A stretch of DNA of 64,000 nucleotides from contig OY969474.1 of NCBI GenBank assembly GCA_963700145.1, positions 3,744,001 through 3,808,000 of the forward strand, written 5' to 3'. Both the position numbers and the translations under genes were made by a program. The DNA comes from an uncultured Acidobacteriota bacterium. Its GTDB lineage: Bacteria; Acidobacteriota; Thermoanaerobaculia; Multivoradales; UBA5704. This document shows, piece after piece, positions 32,441 to 42,211 of this stretch. Position 1 is the first letter of the stretch. Every line of letters starts with the position of its first letter. A model generated the notes under the pieces. The model did no database searches. It was not told where the DNA came from and saw only the letters and a program-made list of their open reading frames with translations.

Positions 32441-33580
32441 ATGCCTCGACGCTCTGATCCCCGCGAAGCGCTCATCGCGCTCGCCGCCGCGCCAAACCTC
32501 GGCCGGCCGCCCTTCTATCGGCTGGCGGAGGAGCTGCCGCTCTTCCTGGCCGGCGCGGCCGAGGGCGCGCCCGCCGCGCTCCTCGCGGCGCGGCTGGGGC
32601 TGCCGCCGGGGCCGGTCGAGACGGCGCTCGCGGCGCTCCCTTCGGCCGCCGCCGCCGCGCGCCGCGAGCTGGCGCGCGCGGCGAAGCTGGGCGCGGCCAT
32701 CGTGACGCGGCTCGACGCCGACTATCCGCCGGCGCTCCTGCCGCTCGCCCTGGCGCCGCCGGTCCTCTGGCTGCGCGGCGCGCTGCCGGCGGGGCCGGCG
32801 CTCGCCGTCGTCGGCTCGCGGCGCGCCGATCCCTACGGCAAGGAGACGGCGGAGCTGCTGGCGCGCGAGCTCGCCGCGGCCGGCGTCGCCATCGTCTCCG
32901 GCTTCGCGCGCGGCATCGACGCTGCGGCGCACCGCGGCGCCCTCGCCGCGCCCGGCGGGCGGACGGTGGCGGTCCTGGGCTGCGGCCTCGGCGTCGACTA
33001 CCCGCGCGGCCACCGCAAGCTGGGTGACGAGGTGGCGGCGCGCGGCGCGTTGGTCTCGGAGTTCCCGTGCGGCTGGTCGGCGCTGGCGCGCCACTTCCCG
33101 ATCCGCAACCGCCTGATCGCCGCGCTCTCGGCGGGGACGCTGGTCGTCGAGGCCGCCGCGCGCTCGGGGTCGCTGGTGACCGCGCGTCACGCGCTCGAGC
33201 TCGGGCGCGACGTGCTCGCCGTGCCCGGGCGCATCTTCGACGAGAAAGCGCTCGGCCCCAACAGCCTGCTGCGCGACGGCGCCGTCCTGGTGCGCCATCC
33301 GCGCGACGTGCTCGAAGCGCTCTGGCCGGAGATGCTGGCGCCGCACGCGCGCGCCGCGGGCGCGGCCGAAGACGCGCCGGCGACCTCCGGCCGCGGCGTG
33401 CCGCCGGGCTCGGCCGGCGAGCTGCTCGCCGCGCTGCCGCCGGCGACGGAGATCGCGGCGGAAGAGGCCGCGGCGCGCGCGCGCCGTCCCGTCGCGCAGG
33501 CGCTCGCGGAGCTGCTCGAGCTCGAGCTCGGCGGCTGGGTGCGCCGCCTTCCCGGACCGGTGTACGTGCGCGTGCCATGA
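32441..33580 (+). CDS. dprA: DNA-processing protein DprA
   Basis: AVVGSR, VSGFARGID..AH, FPIRNRLIA, VEAAARSGSL; conserved position upstream of topA. Confidence 0.95.
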   Translation: MPRRSDPREALIALAAAPNLGRPPFYRLAEELPLFLAGAAEGAPAALLAARLGLPPGPVETALAALPSAAAAARRELARAAKLGAAIVTRLDADYPPALLPLALAPPVLWLRGALPAGPALAVVGSRRADPYGKETAELLARELAAAGVAIVSGFARGIDAAAHRGALAAPGGRTVAVLGCGLGVDYPRGHRKLGDEVAARGALVSEFPCGWSALARHFPIRNRLIAALSAGTLVVEAAARSGSLVTARHALELGRDVLAVPGRIFDEKALGPNSLLRDGAVLVRHPRDVLEALWPEMLAPHARAAGAAEDAPATSGRGVPPGSAGELLAALPPATEIAAEEAAARARRPVAQALAELLELELGGWVRRLPGPVYVRVP

Positions 33581-33696
33581 GAGTTGGTTGGAGCCCGGCG
33601 CGAAAGCCTTCGCGCCTCAGTGTGCTACCCTGCGCCGCTCCCGCCGCCCCAGCCGGATGAAATGAACTCGCCGGCGTCCGGCGTTAAACAACCGCC

Positions 33697-36003
33697 ATGC
33701 CCAAGAACCTGCTGATCGTCGAGAGCCCCGCGAAGACCCGGACGCTGAAGAAGTTCCTCGGCCGCGACTACGCCGTCGAGGCGTCGCTCGGGCACATTCG
33801 CGACCTGGTCAAGAAGGACCTCGGCATCGGCGAGAACTACGAGCCGCGCTACGCGGTGCTGCCGGCGAAGAAGGAAGTGGTGCAGAAGCTGCGCAAGGCG
33901 GCGCGTGCGGCCGACGTCGTCTTCCTCGCGCCCGACCCCGACCGCGAAGGCGAGGCGATCGCCTGGCACATCGCCGAGGTGCTGGAGAAGGACCCCGGCG
34001 ACGTCCACCGCGTCACCTTCAACGAGATCACCCGCAACGCCGTGCTGCGCGCCCTCGCCAACCCCGGCGAGATCGACTACAAGAAGGTGGACGCGCAGCA
34101 GGCGCGGCGCCTGCTCGACCGCATGATGGGCTTCAGGCTCTCGCCGCTCCTCTGGGAGAAGGTCAAGCAGGGGCTCTCGGCCGGGCGCGTGCAGTCGGTG
34201 GCGCTCAAGATGGTCTGCGACCGCCAGGCCGAGATCGACGCCTTCGTGCCGCAGGAGTACTGGCTGCTGGGCGCCGACCTCCAGGGCCCCGAGCCGCCGC
34301 CCTTCCGCGCCCGCCTGACGAAGATCGACGGCAAGAAAGCCGAGGTGGCGAACGGCGAGGAGGCCGCGGCCATCGTGCGCGACCTCGAAGCGGGGAGCTT
34401 CACCGTGCGCGAGGTCGAGCGCAAGGAGTCGAAGCAGCGGCCTGGGCCGCCCTTCATCACCAGCCGCCTGCAGCAGGAGGCGGCGCGCCGCTTCGGCTTC
34501 TCGGTCAAGCGCACGATGAGCCTGGCGCAGGGACTCTACGAGGGCCGCGAGGTCGGCGACCGCGGCTCGATTGGCCTCATCACCTACATGCGCACCGACT
34601 CCACACGGGTGGCCGGCGAGGCGCTCGACGCGGTGCGCGAGACGATCGCTTCAACCTACGGCGCCGCGGCGCTGCCCGAGCGTCCCAACTTCTACAGCTC
34701 GAAGAAGGGGGCGCAGGACGCGCACGAGGCGATCCGCCCGACCAGCCTCGACCTGCCGCCGGACGCGGTGCGCGACTCGCTCAAGGCCGACGAGTGGAAG
34801 CTCTACAAGCTGATCTGGGACCGCTTCGTCGCCTCGCAGATGCTGCCGGCGGTCTTCGACGTCACCAACGTGGACGTCGAGAGCGGCCGCTACCTGCTGC
34901 GCGTCTCGGGCAAGGTGATGAAGAGCCCCGGCTACCTCGCGGTCTACCGCGAGGCGCCGGTCGAGGACGAGGCGAAGAACGGCAACGGTGCGGAGGAAGG
35001 CGAAGGGGCGCTGCCGCCGCTCGAGGCCGGCCAAAAGCTCGAGCTCCTCGGCGTCGCCAGCGAGCAGAAGTTCACCCAGCCGCCGCCGGCCTACAGCGAG
35101 GCGACGCTGGTCAAGGCGCTGGAGGAGAACGGCATCGGCCGGCCGTCGACCTACGCCGCGATCCTCTCGACGCTCTCCGAGCGCGAGTACGCGACGAAGG
35201 ACCAGGGGCGCTTCCGCCCGACGGCGCTCGGCCGCATCGTCAACCGCCTCCTCCAGGCGAGCTTCAACGACATCCTCAACGAGGGCTACACCGCCGAGCT
35301 CGAAGGGCAGCTCGACGAGATCGAGGAGGGGAAGGTCGACTGGAAGGCGACCCTCGCCGCCTTCGACAAGAAATTCACCGTCGACCTGGCGAGCGCCGGC
35401 GAGGCGATGCCGAACGTCAAGCGCGAGGGCGTGCCGGTCGGCGAGAGCTGCCCCGAGTGCGGGTCGCCCCTGGTCATGCGCTTCGGCCGCTTCGGGCCCT
35501 TCATCGCCTGCACCAACTACCCCGAGTGCAAGTACACGCGGAACGTCGAGGAGGAGCGCTCGGCGGCCGGCGGCGGGGCGGCGGGCGGCGAGGCGGGCGC
35601 GGGGGGCGCGGAGGGCGAGGAGATCCCGCCGTGCGAGGAGTGCGGGCGGCCGATGATCCTCAAGCGCAGCCGCTTCGGCACCTTCTACGGCTGCAGCGGC
35701 TACCCCGAGTGCAAGAACATCCGCAAGCTCGGCCCCAAGCCCGAGCCGCCGAAACCGACCGGCGTCCCCTGCCCCGAGTGCGGCAAGGGCGAGATGGTCG
35801 AGAAGCGCTCGCGCCGCGGCAAGACCTTCTACTCCTGCGACCGCTACCCCGACTGCAAGTTCGCCCTCTGGGACCGCCCGGTCGCCCGCGCCTGCCCTGA
35901 CTGCGGCGCGCCCTACCTTCTAGAGAAGACCACCAAGCGCGCCGGCACCCGCCTCGTCTGCAACGCCGAAGGGTGCAAGTTCCAGGAGCCGGTGGCGGTC
36001 TAG
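33697..36003 (+). CDS. topA: DNA topoisomerase I
   Basis: IVESPAK, DPDREGEAI, SAGRVQS, ITYMRTDS, AHEAIRPT, C4 zinc ribbons. Confidence 0.98.
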   Translation: MPKNLLIVESPAKTRTLKKFLGRDYAVEASLGHIRDLVKKDLGIGENYEPRYAVLPAKKEVVQKLRKAARAADVVFLAPDPDREGEAIAWHIAEVLEKDPGDVHRVTFNEITRNAVLRALANPGEIDYKKVDAQQARRLLDRMMGFRLSPLLWEKVKQGLSAGRVQSVALKMVCDRQAEIDAFVPQEYWLLGADLQGPEPPPFRARLTKIDGKKAEVANGEEAAAIVRDLEAGSFTVREVERKESKQRPGPPFITSRLQQEAARRFGFSVKRTMSLAQGLYEGREVGDRGSIGLITYMRTDSTRVAGEALDAVRETIASTYGAAALPERPNFYSSKKGAQDAHEAIRPTSLDLPPDAVRDSLKADEWKLYKLIWDRFVASQMLPAVFDVTNVDVESGRYLLRVSGKVMKSPGYLAVYREAPVEDEAKNGNGAEEGEGALPPLEAGQKLELLGVASEQKFTQPPPAYSEATLVKALEENGIGRPSTYAAILSTLSEREYATKDQGRFRPTALGRIVNRLLQASFNDILNEGYTAELEGQLDEIEEGKVDWKATLAAFDKKFTVDLASAGEAMPNVKREGVPVGESCPECGSPLVMRFGRFGPFIACTNYPECKYTRNVEEERSAAGGGAAGGEAGAGGAEGEEIPPCEECGRPMILKRSRFGTFYGCSGYPECKNIRKLGPKPEPPKPTGVPCPECGKGEMVEKRSRRGKTFYSCDRYPDCKFALWDRPVARACPDCGAPYLLEKTTKRAGTRLVCNAEGCKFQEPVAV

Positions 36004-36007
36004 CCGC

Positions 36008-36403
36008 TCAGGGCCGCCGCGGTCGGCGGAAGGCCCCGTCGATGCTCCAGATGCCTGAGCCGCGGGCGGCGATGTAGAGGAAGACGAAGGCGTAGAGCGC
36101 CGCCAGCTCGCCGCCGTTCTGGATCGGCAGGGCGCCGCCCGCCTGGTGCACCATGAAGTAGGCCACCGCCATCTCGCCGCTGGCGAGGAAGGCGGCGATG
36201 CTGGTGAAGAGGCCGAGCAGGACGAGGACCCCCAGGACCAGCTCGAGGACGCCGGCGATGAACGGCAGCGTCGGGCCGGGCGGCACCTTCTCGCCGCCCA
36301 GCGCTCCGAAGACCTTCTGGACGCCGTGGCAGGTGAAGAGGAAGCCCGTCACGATTCGCAGCAAGGCATAGATCGGTTCCGTGTACCTTCCGAGGAAACC
36401 CAT
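36008..36403 (-). CDS. DoxX family membrane protein
   Basis: HGVQKVFG, GEMAVAYF..H, NGGELA, GSGIWSID. Confidence 0.9.
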   Translation of the reverse strand: MGFLGRYTEPIYALLRIVTGFLFTCHGVQKVFGALGGEKVPPGPTLPFIAGVLELVLGVLVLLGLFTSIAAFLASGEMAVAYFMVHQAGGALPIQNGGELAALYAFVFLYIAARGSGIWSIDGAFRRPRRP

Positions 36404-36471
36404 GGCCCCACCCTCCTTGCGGTTCCGGCCGGAGTCATCCAGCCGGGCCTTCGTTCGCGTACTCTACGGGC

Positions 36472-37266
36472 ATGAGCCGCCGGAAGCACGCCGCCGCCGT
36501 CCTCGCCGTCGCCGCGGGGTTGGTCCTCGCCCTGGCCGGCCCGGCCGCCGCCCGCGCGGCGGCGCCGGACTACTCGGCCTGGGCCGAGCTCCTGCAGAAG
36601 CACTACGACCCCGCCAAGGGGATGAGCTACAAGGCGCTCAAGGCCGACAAGGCGGCCCTCGACCGCCTCCGCCGAGAGCTGGCGCAGGTGGACGTCGCCG
36701 CCCTTTCCCGCCCCGACCAGCTCGCCTACTGGATCAACCTGTACAACGTCTCGGTCGTCGGGATCGTCGTCGACAACTACCCCGTCGAGTCGATCCGCGA
36801 CCTCTCGACCGACCCGATCATCCGCATCAACGTCTTCAAGAAGCCGTCGGTGGCGGTCAAGGGCGGCAAGATGTCGCTCAACGACATCGAGAACGACAAG
36901 GTCCGCGCCGGCTTCAAGGACTCGCGCATCCACTTCGCCATCAACTGCGCCGCCGAGAGCTGCCCGCCGATCCGCCCCGAGCCCTACGTCGGCGCGCGCG
37001 TCGACCAGCAGCTCGACGACCAGACGCGGAAGTTCCTCAACAGCCCCAAGGGCGTGCGCCTCGAGCAGGACGGCGACACCCTCGTCGTCCACACCACCAA
37101 GGTCATGGACTGGTTCGGCGACGACTTCGAGCAGTGGGGGGGCGGCCGGCGCGCCTTCCTCCAGAAGCACCTGGCGCCGGAGAAGAAGCGCCGCCTGGAG
37201 GCCGCCAAGAAGGTCGAGATCGAGTTCGACGACTACAGCTGGAAGCTCAACGACGCCTCCCGCTAG
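36472..37266 (+). CDS. Secreted DUF547 family protein
   Basis: LAYWINLYN, SLNDIEN, RIHFAINCAAESCPP, WFGDDF, YSWKLN. Confidence 0.9.
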   Translation: MSRRKHAAAVLAVAAGLVLALAGPAAARAAAPDYSAWAELLQKHYDPAKGMSYKALKADKAALDRLRRELAQVDVAALSRPDQLAYWINLYNVSVVGIVVDNYPVESIRDLSTDPIIRINVFKKPSVAVKGGKMSLNDIENDKVRAGFKDSRIHFAINCAAESCPPIRPEPYVGARVDQQLDDQTRKFLNSPKGVRLEQDGDTLVVHTTKVMDWFGDDFEQWGGGRRAFLQKHLAPEKKRRLEAAKKVEIEFDDYSWKLNDASR

Positions 37267-37299
37267 ACTGCGCCCGGAGTTTGCATCGGGAGGGGCAGC

Positions 37300-38697
37300 A
37301 TGGGGCTCGGCTCCCTGCGCAAGGCCTGGCAGCTCTTCCGCGACCCGGTGACGCCGGAGAAGCGGCGCCTCCTGGCCGAGCGCTGGGAGCGGCTCGACCC
37401 CGCCCTCCGCCTCCCCGGCCAGGGCCTCGGCCAGAAGGCCACCGGCTGCGGCGCCACGGTCGGCATCCAGCCGCGCTGCGACTTCGCCTGCACCGGCTGC
37501 TACCTGGGCCGCGAGGCGAACCACGTCCCGGCGCTCCCCACCGCCGCGATCCTCGGCCAGCTCGACGAGTTGCGCCGCTGGCTCGGCCCCAAGAGCAACG
37601 TCCAGATCACCGACGGCGAGGTGACGCTGCGCCCGGTCGAGGAGCTGGTCGAGATCCTCGCCTACGCGCGCTCGATCGGCGTCGTGCCGATGGTGATGAC
37701 CCACGGCGACACCTTCCGCCGCCGCCCGGGTCTCCTCGAGCGGCTGATGATCGAGGGCGGCCTCACCGAGGTGTCGATCCACGTCGACGTCACCCAGCGC
37801 GGGCGCGACGGCTACCGCGCGCCGCGCTCGGAGCTGGAGCTGATGCCGCTGCGCGACGAGCTCGCGGCCATGGTGCGCGCGGCGCGGCGGCGCACCGGCC
37901 GGCCGCTGCGCGCCGCCACGACGCTGACGATCAGCCGCCAGAACCTGCCGCAGGTGGCGGACGTGGTGCGCTGGACGATCCGCAACCGCGACGCCTTCGG
38001 TCTCATCAGCTTTCAGCCGCTGGCGCAAGTGGGGCGGACGCGCAAGAGCCTGCAGGGAGTGAGCGCCGAGGAGCTGTGGGCCGAGGTTGGCAAGGCGACC
38101 GCCGAGCACGGCGCGCCGCTCGCCGGCGCCGGTCCGATGCACTTCGGCCACCCCGAGTGCACGCGCTTCGTCCCCTTCCTCGTCCTCGAGCGGCCGGGCG
38201 AGGCGCCGCGCCTGTTGCAATTCATCCGCGACACGCCGGACGACGTGGCGCTGATGGAAGAGTTCTTCGCCCGCGGCATCGGCGGCATCGCCTTCCGCGA
38301 CGACCGGCCGCTGGAGCTGCTGGGGCGCGGCGCCGGCGTCGTCCTCAACGACCCGCGCTGGCTCCTGGGGCGCGGCCGCCGCTGGCTCGACGCCCGCTTG
38401 CGCGCCGAGGCCGGCACCAGCGTCTGGCGGCTCGCTGCCGACGCCCTCGCCGGCCGCGTGCGGGTGGACGGCGTCACCCTGACCAGCCACCACTTCATGA
38501 GCCCGGCGGAGCTGGCGACCGAGGTCGGCCGGGCGCGCCTCGAGGCCTGCGTCTTCCGCCTCCCCTACCGCGGCGAGATGGTGCCGATGTGCCGGATGAA
38601 CGCCGACGGCGTGCGCGAGGCTTTCTACGCCGAGATCATGGCCGGCGGGGCGCCGAGCGCGGCGGCCGGCTCCCCGGCGCTGCCAGTGGTGCACTAG
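37300..38697 (+). CDS. Radical SAM protein, distant MJ0619/Tes-like
   Basis: CDFACTGC (CxxxCxxC); SFQPLAQVGR, HPEC, HHFM, RLEACVF, VPMC. Confidence 0.85.
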   Translation: MGLGSLRKAWQLFRDPVTPEKRRLLAERWERLDPALRLPGQGLGQKATGCGATVGIQPRCDFACTGCYLGREANHVPALPTAAILGQLDELRRWLGPKSNVQITDGEVTLRPVEELVEILAYARSIGVVPMVMTHGDTFRRRPGLLERLMIEGGLTEVSIHVDVTQRGRDGYRAPRSELELMPLRDELAAMVRAARRRTGRPLRAATTLTISRQNLPQVADVVRWTIRNRDAFGLISFQPLAQVGRTRKSLQGVSAEELWAEVGKATAEHGAPLAGAGPMHFGHPECTRFVPFLVLERPGEAPRLLQFIRDTPDDVALMEEFFARGIGGIAFRDDRPLELLGRGAGVVLNDPRWLLGRGRRWLDARLRAEAGTSVWRLAADALAGRVRVDGVTLTSHHFMSPAELATEVGRARLEACVFRLPYRGEMVPMCRMNADGVREAFYAEIMAGGAPSAAAGSPALPVVH

Positions 38698-39542
38698 CGG
38701 ACCGCGTTGACCAGCTCGACGGTGCGGCGCCAGATCGCGCCGCCGTCGCAGTCGCGCACCAGCGTCACCCGCCTCTCGCCCGCTCCCCATTCGATCCACA
38801 GCCGCTCGCGCAGGCGGGCCGGCACGACCACGCGCTCCACCGTCTCCGGCGCGAAGAGGCAGGCCGCGGCGACGAGGTCGTAGGCCGGGAAGGTGGACGA
38901 CGCGTGGCGCAGGCGCGCGCGGCGGAGCCAACGCCGGGAGTCGCGGCGGAGCGCCTCGCCCAGGGCGCCGCGTAGCGCGCCCAGCTCGGCGGCCCCCACG
39001 CGCACCCGCCGCGCCACGTCGAGCGGCACGACGGTGAGCGGCAGCGCGGACTCCCAGACGGCGCGGGTGGCCGGCGGGTCCACGGTCAGGTTGAACTCGT
39101 GCGGCCAGTAGGGCGGCCAGCGGCCGCGCGAATGGAGACTGCCGCCGACGACGAGCACCTCGGCGACGGCGAGGCCCCGTCCCCGCCGCGCCGCCTCGGC
39201 GAGAGCCGCGGCGACGTTGGTGAGCGGGCCGAGGGCGGCGACGGTGAGCGGTCCGGCGCCCGCGTCCTCCGGCCACCAGAGCCAGGACGCGCGGTCCACG
39301 CGCTCCTCGCCGGCCGCGAGGTCACGCGCCGCGGCGCCGCGCAGGTAGGGCCCGGCGAAGCCGCAGAGGGCGCCGAGCCGGCGGTTGTTCTCGTCGGCCC
39401 GCGCCTCCGAGCTGTTGCCGCCGACGCTCGCCACCGCCGCGACCGGGAGGCCGCTGGCGAGGAGCGGCGCCACGGCCAGCGCGTCGTCCACGTCGCCGTG
39501 CGGCGAGCCGAGCGCATTGTCCGTGTCGACAAGGATGCGCAC
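38694..39542 (-). CDS. Nucleoside hydrolase family protein
   Basis: DTDN...DVDDALA, LGPLTNVA, EFN, VPLDV. Confidence 0.82.
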   Translation of the reverse strand: MRILVDTDNALGSPHGDVDDALAVAPLLASGLPVAAVASVGGNSSEARADENNRRLGALCGFAGPYLRGAAARDLAAGEERVDRASWLWWPEDAGAGPLTVAALGPLTNVAAALAEAARRGRGLAVAEVLVVGGSLHSRGRWPPYWPHEFNLTVDPPATRAVWESALPLTVVPLDVARRVRVGAAELGALRGALGEALRRDSRRWLRRARLRHASSTFPAYDLVAAACLFAPETVERVVVPARLRERLWIEWGAGERRVTLVRDCDGGAIWRRTVELVNAVR

Positions 39543-39561
39543 CGGGCGGGAAACTACACGA

Positions 39562-40221
39562 GTGGACGTCCCGCTCTCCCCGCCGCACCTCCTCCTGCCG
39601 CGGGCGCTACCGGTTTCAGCCTTGCTGGTGCGCAGCGAAGACGGCGCCCCGGCCGAGCAGCGCACGTCGGTCCGCGCCCGCTGGGACGACGAAGCTCTCT
39701 ACGTCCGCTGGGAGTGCGCCGATCGGGACGCCTGGGGGACCTTTACCGAACGCGACGCCCCGCTCTACCAGGAGGAGGTGGTGGAGCTGTTCCTCGCGCC
39801 GGGCGAGGCCGAGCCGCGGCGCTACGCCGAATTCGAGATCGCCCCGACCGGCGTTCTCTTCGACGCGTTGATCGAGAACCCGCGCGGTGAGCGCGCCGGC
39901 ATCACAGCCGACACCGCCTGGGACTGCCCCGGCCTGGTGTGGGAGGTCGGGAAGGGGCAGCGAGACGAGGACTGGTGGGCCGCCCTCGCCGTCCCTTGGC
40001 GCGCCATCCTCGCCGCGCTCGCCCATCCACCCGGCGAGCTGCCGCGGGTCTGGCGCGCCAACCTCTACCGCATCGAGCGTCCGCGCGGCGGCGAGCCCGA
40101 GCACACCGCCTGGTCCCCCACCCTCGCCACCCCGCCCGACTTCCACCGCCCCGCCCGCTTCGGGACGCTCGTCCTCGAACCTTACGGAGTGGTCCTCTCC
40201 TCCGCCAGCAGCCCGCGATAG
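39562..40221 (+). CDS. Carbohydrate-binding family 9-like protein
   Basis: WDDEALYV, EEVVELFL, YAEFEIAP.G, WRANLYRI, AWSPT...FHRP..FG; start uncertain. Confidence 0.75.
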   Translation: MDVPLSPPHLLLPRALPVSALLVRSEDGAPAEQRTSVRARWDDEALYVRWECADRDAWGTFTERDAPLYQEEVVELFLAPGEAEPRRYAEFEIAPTGVLFDALIENPRGERAGITADTAWDCPGLVWEVGKGQRDEDWWAALAVPWRAILAALAHPPGELPRVWRANLYRIERPRGGEPEHTAWSPTLATPPDFHRPARFGTLVLEPYGVVLSSASSPR

Positions 40222-40868
40222 AGGAGCGCCGCCAGCGCCGCGCCGAGCGCCGGGCCGACGAAGTAGACCCAGAGGTCGGTGAAGTCGCCGGTGGCGATCG
40301 CGGGGCCGAGGCTGCGGGCCGGGTTCAGGCTGGCGCCGGTGAGCGGCCCGCCCATCAGGATCGCGAAGACCAGGGTGAAGCCGACGGCCAGGCCGTCGAG
40401 CGGCGTCGCCTTGCCGCTGATCCCGGCGTTCATGATCGTGTTGACCAGGAAGAAAGTGAGGATCGCCTCGAGCACGACGCCGACCGCCGGGGTGACGTCG
40501 ATCGTCACCGCCCCCAGCACCAGCCCATGCGCCAGCCGGGTCGCCCCCAGGCCGGTCTCGTCGCCGCCGAGGACCCAGCGGAGAGCGAGCGCGCCGGTGA
40601 TTCCGCCGGCGAGCTGTGCGGCCATGTAGGCGAGCGCACGGCCGGGCGCGATCTTGCCGGCCAGCCACACGCCGAGCGTCACCGCCGGGTTGAGGTGCGT
40701 GCCCGAGATGTGGCCGTAGGCGTAGGCGAAGGCGACGATGACGAGCCCGTGGGCGAGCGCCACCCCGACGAGCCCGCCGATCCCCAGGGCGCCGGCGCCG
40801 GCACCGATCAGGATCAGGGCGAAGGTGCCGATGAACTCGGCGATGAACGCGGTCCCCAGCCTGCTCAT
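40182..40868 (-). CDS. Aquaporin (MIP family)
   Basis: AEFIGTF, SGTHLNPAVT, GASLNPARSLGP. Confidence 0.95.
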   Translation of the reverse strand: MSRLGTAFIAEFIGTFALILIGAGAGALGIGGLVGVALAHGLVIVAFAYAYGHISGTHLNPAVTLGVWLAGKIAPGRALAYMAAQLAGGITGALALRWVLGGDETGLGATRLAHGLVLGAVTIDVTPAVGVVLEAILTFFLVNTIMNAGISGKATPLDGLAVGFTLVFAILMGGPLTGASLNPARSLGPAIATGDFTDLWVYFVGPALGAALAALLYRGLLAEERTTP

Positions 40869-40881
40869 GGCTTCCTCCCTC

Positions 40882-41535
40882 TCACTGTTTCTTGATGATC
40901 ACCGAGACGCGGCGGTTCTTCTGCCGCCCGGCGTCGTCGTCGTTGGACGCGACCGGCTGGCTCTCCCCCAAGCCGCGGGTCGTCAGCCGCCCGGCGTCGA
41001 GCCCCTCGCGCTCGACGAGCCAGGTCTTGACCGCCGCCGCCCGCCGCTCGGAGAGCCGCTGGTTGTAGCCGTCGTCCCCCTTGGCGTCGGTGTGCCCTTC
41101 GAGCCGCGCCGTGCCGTTGGGGAAGCCGCGCAGCACGGTGGCGAGCTGCCCCAGGGCGCCGGCGGCGTCGGCGCGGATCTCGGCCTTGTCGAAGTCGAAG
41201 AGGACGTCGGCGGGGAGCTCGACCACGACCTCCAGGCCGGTCTCGCGCGCGCCGAGGGCCTGCATGGCGCGGCGGGTCTCCTGGACCGTGGCGACGACGC
41301 CGCGCCCGGCTCCCGCGACGCCGCGCTGGATGCCGACGACGTTCAGCACCACCGGGATGACCCGCAGGGCGCCGCGGTTAGGACCGAGGCGCGCCACCGC
41401 GGCCCGGGCGGCGGCCTCGGTCGTGGGGTGCCAGGGGCCGGGATACGGGACGTCCTGGGCGCCGGCGGCTGCGGCGCCGAGGAGGGCCGCGAGGCCGGCG
41501 CCGGCGAGCGCCCGCCGCTTCGCGCGGAGCTCCAC
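40882..41535 (-). CDS. OmpA C-terminal domain protein
   Basis: DVLFDFDK, EGHTD, YNQRLSERRA, GRQKNRRV. Confidence 0.92.
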   Translation of the reverse strand: MELRAKRRALAGAGLAALLGAAAAGAQDVPYPGPWHPTTEAAARAAVARLGPNRGALRVIPVVLNVVGIQRGVAGAGRGVVATVQETRRAMQALGARETGLEVVVELPADVLFDFDKAEIRADAAGALGQLATVLRGFPNGTARLEGHTDAKGDDGYNQRLSERRAAAVKTWLVEREGLDAGRLTTRGLGESQPVASNDDDAGRQKNRRVSVIIKKQ

Positions 41536-41543
41536 GGCGCCCC

Positions 41544-42167
41544 CTACGAGTCCTGGATCGCCAGGTCGTCGAAGGGCGGCGTGTTGGGGATCTGCAGCGT
41601 CACCACCCGCACCTCGGGCGGCGGCGCCGGGAACTTCATCCAGACGAGGGCGCTCTGCCCGGGCTCGAGGGTGTCGTACCAGCGGTCGCGCCAGCCGGAG
41701 CGGACGCCGCCGATGTAGTTCCCCGCCTCGTCCTTGAGCACCTCGTACTTCTTGCCGCCGGCCGGGTCCATGACGTACATCTGGCTGAAGTAGAAGTCGG
41801 GCTCGGCCTTGGCGCCCCCCTGGTTGCGCACCCGGAGCTTCGCGGTGAGCGTGTTCCCCTTGCGCAGGAACTCCGTCACCTCGACGACGACGCCCGACCA
41901 GTTGGTCTCCTGGCTGGCGAGGACGATGCCGGGCGCGCCCGCGGGCGGCGCGACGGTGGGCGTGCCCGCGGGGGGTCCGCCGGTGGTGTCGGGGACGGCG
42001 CTCATCGCGCCGGCGTCGGTGGAGGCGGCGCCGTTGGGGCTGGCGACCGCGGCGGGCTCGCCGGTCGCGGCGGGGGCCGCCTCCTCGGCGGTGTCTTCGC
42101 GCGGGGAGCAGGCGGCGAACAGGGGCAGGAGCGCGACGAGCGTCAGGGCGAGAGTCTTCGAGCGCAC
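41544..42167 (-). CDS. Lipoprotein with low-complexity linker and beta-rich C-terminal domain
   Basis: GAGG RBS and GTG start; lipobox FAAC; co-oriented directly upstream of the OmpA gene. Confidence 0.75.
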   Translation of the reverse strand: MRSKTLALTLVALLPLFAACSPREDTAEEAAPAATGEPAAVASPNGAASTDAGAMSAVPDTTGGPPAGTPTVAPPAGAPGIVLASQETNWSGVVVEVTEFLRKGNTLTAKLRVRNQGGAKAEPDFYFSQMYVMDPAGGKKYEVLKDEAGNYIGGVRSGWRDRWYDTLEPGQSALVWMKFPAPPPEVRVVTLQIPNTPPFDDLAIQDS

Positions 42168-42211
42168 GGCATCCCTCCTCTCGGACGTTGGCGGCGTCCG
42201 AGAGGATACAA

